A program made the translations under genes and the position numbers. Of a stretch of 64,000 bases of DNA, positions 58,810 to 64,000 are shown piece after piece. The number at the start of each line of letters is the position of its first letter. The first letter of the stretch is position 1. The notes beneath the pieces were generated by a model. That model made no database searches. It was not told the DNA's origin and saw only the letters and a program-made list of their open reading frames with translations. The DNA comes from Lingula anatina (lineage: Eukaryota; Animalia; Brachiopoda): the NCBI GenBank assembly GCA_051362555.1, contig CM120640.1:24724225-24788224 (forward strand), read 5' to 3'.

Positions 58810-59042
58810 CAGGGGCGGATCCAGGATTATTTGAAAAGGAGTGGGGTGCGGGAGCCGGTGAAGGGCCCCGAAAAATTTAGAAATTTTAGAGGGCAAACGG
58901 TGCCATTTGGTACGCTTTAGAATTATGATTCAGCTAGTCAAAATTCTAATTTCAAGAGGGGACCATTGGTCTGATTTTTTTTCGAAGGGGGGGGGGGGGG
59001 GGGGAAGGGCAGGACTCCCCTGCGCCCCCAAATCTGCCACTG
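58810..59042. mobile_element. hAT-like non-autonomous MITE
   Basis: Ends CAGGGGCGGAT / ATCTGCCACTG, subterminal poly-G and GC-rich interior in an AT-rich background; 8-bp TSD not evident. Confidence 0.65.
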
Positions 59043-62000
59043 GTTACGTCGTTATAATCTGCATTTTGATCTACGGCTGACATAGTTGTTATGCATGCTT
59101 ATGTGAGAGAACTGCTCATTTCTTTTTCATCTTATATTTACTGCCAAAGATTTGGCATCCACGTCTTCAATAATTGTGGTTTGTTCTACATCTACAAGCA
59201 TTCCACAACATATAGTTCTTAAAATTTAATAATGATAAAAAAAAATTAGAATGCGGCCTATTCCTTTACTTTTTTCGATCAACCGTGATTCTCACGTTGA
59301 AAAGGGTTAGAGATCAATATAACGATCCCTGTTTCAAAAATAATTCGAACATCCCGACATTAGCTTGACATATAAGTACATTTTCTTCGACACAAAGTTT
59401 TTTTTTTCGGTTACACCCGACGGTGAACTTTACACAAAATTTGCAAAGAGGTTCTCCTATACAATATTTCAACATCTCACAATACCTTTCAGTTTGAGCA
59501 GAAAATGTATTGTAACTGGTAAGAAAATTTACTAAGGACTTTGGGGAAGTTTTTTACCACTTTGAAAGCTATTTCAAATGCTAGCTTCGGTAATTTGTTG
59601 GTTGGCCGCGTGTACCGCCACTTTTACACCGATGCATTTTGATTTTCTTGGCAGATCATTTTTTTATGTATAAATGTATCATCCGGAGCGTTTTAATGTA
59701 TGGTTAATAAGTTACATTTCTTCTTAATTCCCCTCCGAACTGTAGTTATCACAGTGACTTTTTTTTCATTTATTTCAGGAAACAAAACAATTTGCCTCTC
59801 AACCGGTGTCCGACGAAGCTAGAGACGCTGAAGACCACGAAGAAAGGAATGGGAAGAAGACTAAACAATATAATATTTTTTCTTCAACATCACTTACGGT
59901 GATTTAAAGAGAACTTAATGAAAAAGGTTATTAAAACTTGGACGTATCTCAATTTAACAGTAAATTGACGGCTTCTAGGAGAAATAAATGAAGAAATATA
60001 ATTATATTTCTATTTCTATATTTAGCACATTGTAAATGTCCGACAGTTCTAAAATCCAAAATATTTAAATAATAATAATGTTCGACTGATTTTATAAAGA
60101 AATAAATAAACTACGCAATGCAACAGACCCTTCACTCGGAGAAGAGACAACAGGAACAGTGAAACATGGAAACGTGAATTAGAACAACTAAAAAAATGAA
60201 TATATAATATATATAGGATCTTCCTCAAAAGGGAATCGTAAAACAATCACTAGTTTTCTTTATTCGTTATCAATGGACATTAAAAATACCCTAGAATGTT
60301 GTTTTCGTCTTTTAAGACCTTTTATTTCTACATAAAACTTATCAAACTCTATTTGTCGGTCACACGTTTGATACCAAAATTGAATTAGCAATTGTCACAA
60401 GGAGTTGTTTTGGGATACACGTAGATTGAATATAACTGTAAATGCATGTAATGTTTGAAATCGATAACAGATTCATACATCTTGCCCGTTTTTTCCGAGT
60501 ATCGATGGCAAACTTCTTTCAGAAAAAAAAAAAACTTCAGGTGGGTTTTTGCAATCCTCCTTATTTTGTAATCCGGGCCAACATTGCATTGATCATTTTT
60601 TTGCTGCCTGAATTTAGGTCTAAGTCACAACCCATGAGGAAACGACAGGTATATGGACTTGATATGATCAATGAGGATTTCAATTCAAAAAACATATGAG
60701 CGATCTTTCATAAAACCTGCACCAATTTGCAAGGTTACTGCATATATTTCGGCATGAAAGAAAATTTTTCTAAACAGATGTACATGTAGCTTAATTACTA
60801 CCGGTCAGAAAGGCAAATCATGACCTGCATTGCAAAGCAGTAAGAAATGAAGACTGGACGTTGGTGAGCCAAAGAGTTCTTGCACGCACATTTCACTGTT
60901 GTGATTAATTCGATATTAATTATCACGGAAAAAGTCTAATTATTCGCTTCCTTTTATGCAAAGAAACCCCCATTTAGAAAAGAATCGTTGAATGAGAATA
61001 AAGGGTTGAAATAAATATTTTTTGCATGAAATCAATGTATTGAAATGTTACTATATAAAGACAGATTTCAATCCGAACTTCATTTTCTTAATGTCCTCGA
61101 TGGCTGCCAAATGGTATTTACTTTTAAATGTTACATATGCTTTATGAGTCTTTATTGGATAAATTTCTAATTAGCAAAAATGTTAGGAAATATAAGCGAC
61201 ATATTAATTCTCAGATTCTTGAAATTCCAAGAAATTTATAGTTTTAGGATAGGGAAGAATTAAGGTAGGATATGACAAAAGGCAGTGTTAACTCATTTCC
61301 TACAGAGAAAAACGATGGACAAAAATTTAATGTTAACAAAATGCCAAATAATTTAGTTCGTATTAGCACTATGACAAATGTTTTATTTTCTTGTCGTATT
61401 TCGCCCAATAGCATTTTTAAAAATTAAATAAACCTCACGGGGTACTACAAGGTAGAGGCAGGGTTTTTTTCTGTACGTATAGAACTAGGCCTTCAACATA
61501 TGCTGCCGAATGAGGGTGACTAATTTCAAGGGTAACACTGTCAAAACAACCACTGCATTAGTTTTTGCTATAGCAATTTTTAAACGGTGGGAGCTAGACT
61601 GCTTCGATAATGATGTTTTTCTGAACAAATAGCGATTAATGAGGCGTACTGGCTTTTGTATAATTGAACTGAATTAAGGAATATGCCAGAATGGCTTCAA
61701 CAGGGTGCTTTACTCTTTCTAAAAACATATATATTAGATTTTTGGCTGAGATTATTCACCGTTTTACAGAAATGTCAAATATAGTATTAAAATTCATTTT
61801 TGAAAATACATACTGTACATGTAGGCCTAAGTAGTGTCGGGCCAACTATGATGATACATATACGACTCCTGGGGCAATTACTATGTACGTGCTGAGCAAA
61901 TTCGCTTTTGTTGCAGAAAGGGTCGCAGAATGCAACAATGCATTTTTGCCTGAAGTTAATAACGTCAAAGTTCTACACTGTAGGCCATATGAAACACTCT

Positions 62001-62887
62001 CAGTGAATCTCAAAAATACTGTACAATTTCATGAAATATAATGTCAAGATAAGATTACTTTGATAAAAAGAAATAAAGGAAGGAAAAATAATGGTTTTGT
62101 CACGTTTCTTTCCCATATTTACCACTTGCAGTTTTACACCATTCATTTTCGGATGCGCCATCACTAGGGTTTGATCGTTCATAATTAGCTTTGTATGTCG
62201 CCTAGTGAAAATCTACAAACCCCAAAGAAGGCTTAGATATAACTACGATACTGTCCACTGGCAGTAAATTATCATCCTTTTCATGTTACTCTAGCAAAAA
62301 TATTGTTGATATTACTAAAATGTTCGTACACATACCCCGGTAGTTGATAAAAATTATATTTTAATGTTCAGTCCACGGATTTTAAAACATATCTATTTGT
62401 CACAGAAGAAGACACGCATTTCTGTCTTTTTGAGAGGTTGAGAGCTATGGTTCTAAGACGAATCATGTTGACTGTAGAACGCTGTAGACATGTCGTCCGA
62501 GTTCTTGCCTGTTCCACTCGTATGAAAAAAATTATGACTATAGGAAAAGTCATTTAAAAATGTTAAGATATTGTGCAAATTAAAGAAAAAGTTACCTTTA
62601 AGACAAATGAATCAATTACATTCAGCGAAGAGAAACATTTTCAAGTAAAAGTCAGGTGCATTTATTATGTCTTTGCACGAAGTTGCCCGATTTATATTCG
62701 CTGCGGCAAAACGGGTAAAATGCTGAAGCAGGGCTAAAAAAGATCGAACGGCCGAATCAAAAAGACAGCTTAATTGACAGGTGTATCTTCGAGAGGCTTG
62801 CTTGTCGTTTGGTGTGATACCCATTCTTATGTGTGTAAAACCGCCAACCTCCTGACAAAATTGGATATCCCCATTTTAACTACTTAC

Positions 62888-63055
62888 CAGCAATATAAAT
62901 GACGTTGCATCCAAAATGCCGGCCATGCCAATGAGCGATTTCAAAGCACGGATTGCCGCAGCTGATCCTTTGAGAGACAAACCAGCAAACACAATCAGAG
63001 TAATGGAAACAGAATAATCTGCAAGTAGACCTACAAACACCGACACTTCTGCCAT
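62888..63055 (-). CDS. NFI: NFI distal alternative 5' coding exon
   Basis: MAEVSVFVGLLADYSVSITLIVFAGLSLKGSAAAIRALKSLIGMAGILDATSFILL|GTAAGT: consensus donor, phase 0 matching DEFHPF. The end (GILDATSFI) resembles the N-terminus I recall for insect NFI; not verified. Confidence 0.68.
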
Positions 63056-64000
63056 AATAACTGAAGACAACCAATTTAGAAATGAATTAACGACGTTGAG
63101 TCGAATCTGAAACTTGGAGAATGTAATGTTTCATTTGCTCCAGTATAAAAGGCATTTTGTCCGCCTTTTCATTAGCTTAATACTAGGGATGCATGAGGAT
63201 AAAATAACCGCCAACTATAGGGTGCGCCCTCGCCAACGGGTCACCCTCTTTTCTGAATTTTTAAATAAAGTAGTACTGAACTTTTCTCTCTTCCCCCTCT
63301 CTCTCTCTCTAGGTTGTGAATTTGAAAAAAAATCTAAGAATATAGCTGTAAAACTGTCAAATGGACAGATATATAAAATATAAAACTGTCAGAAAACGTT
63401 AAAACTTTTATAAATTGTTTAAACAATATTTCATAGTACATAGTAAAATATCAGCCTCTTAAAGGTCCACTGTCACTACTGAGTAAAATTTTAGGTTTTA
63501 TAATTAATAATACACCAAATGGAACAGTATTTATATATATATGGTCTATGCCCATTAGTATTACTAACATGAATATATCATTACCAAGGAGTAGAGAAAG
63601 GGAAAAGGAGAGAGGAGAACAGAAAAGTTACCAATAAAGAATATGCAAAAGGCAAAAGTTTTTTTGTGGTTTTACCTTGCATATCAATTAAGATTGGGGT
63701 CAATACCATCGTCACACCCAAACAATAACAAAATAACCTTATCCCAACTGAATACATCTTTATTAGATGCCTATAGATGGTTTTTCATAACAATCCAAAT
63801 TGCAATTTATAGTCTTTAAGAGGAAAAGAACAGGCAGATTGTAATTTCTCTGGAAGACATTTTATGCTTCAATATATAATATACAAAAATAAACAACATT
63901 TATTTTGAAAAGCTGTCCATTCAGGTGTTAAAAGGCATCCACAAGGCACAACATATCATTTGCTTTCAACCCAATGCAACATATAGGTATATCATGGTCA

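Noticed and set aside
58250-58920. 154-aa and 73-aa plus-strand ORFs near the NFI promoter
   Set aside because: Composition reflects polypyrimidine tracts and a MITE; no credible start context or domain
60241-60260. AATCACTAGT similarity to the miR-7 reverse complement
   Set aside because: Seed region mismatched and no hairpin

Overview
AT-rich, intron-rich eukaryotic (invertebrate animal, probably lophotrochozoan/mollusc-like; inference) genomic DNA. Three spliced protein-coding genes can be rebuilt exon by exon with consistent reading phase. (1) KAT14/CSRP2BP (ATAC2) acetyltransferase, minus strand, 17 coding exons, 10240->623, about 768 aa. (2) A Syk/ZAP-70 family tyrosine kinase (tandem SH2 + kinase, no ankyrin repeats), plus strand, 15 coding exons, 12607->20675, about 689 aa, head-to-head with KAT14 across a CpG-richer promoter at about 11.1-11.9 kb. 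(3) Nuclear Factor I (NFI), minus strand, 11 common exons 45557->26976, convergent with Syk. NFI has at least two alternative 5' coding exons: a 9-nt 'MTM' exon at 57420-57428 and a distal 56-codon hydrophobic exon at 62888-63055. Most of the short ORFs in the supplied track are exon fragments or noise. Repeats include three copies of a Harbinger/Tourist-like MITE, a 260-bp foldback element, two hAT-like MITEs, a ~160-bp tandem array ending in a hairpin (Helentron/HINE-like) and microsatellites. The most interesting candidates concern NFI regulation: a possible signal/membrane-anchored N-terminally extended isoform, a dense cluster of NFI half-sites in NFI's own intron, candidate stop-containing exons just after the DNA-binding domain, a GC-AG intron and a possible divergent antisense transcript. 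All gene models come from reading the sequence by eye, with no database or transcript evidence.
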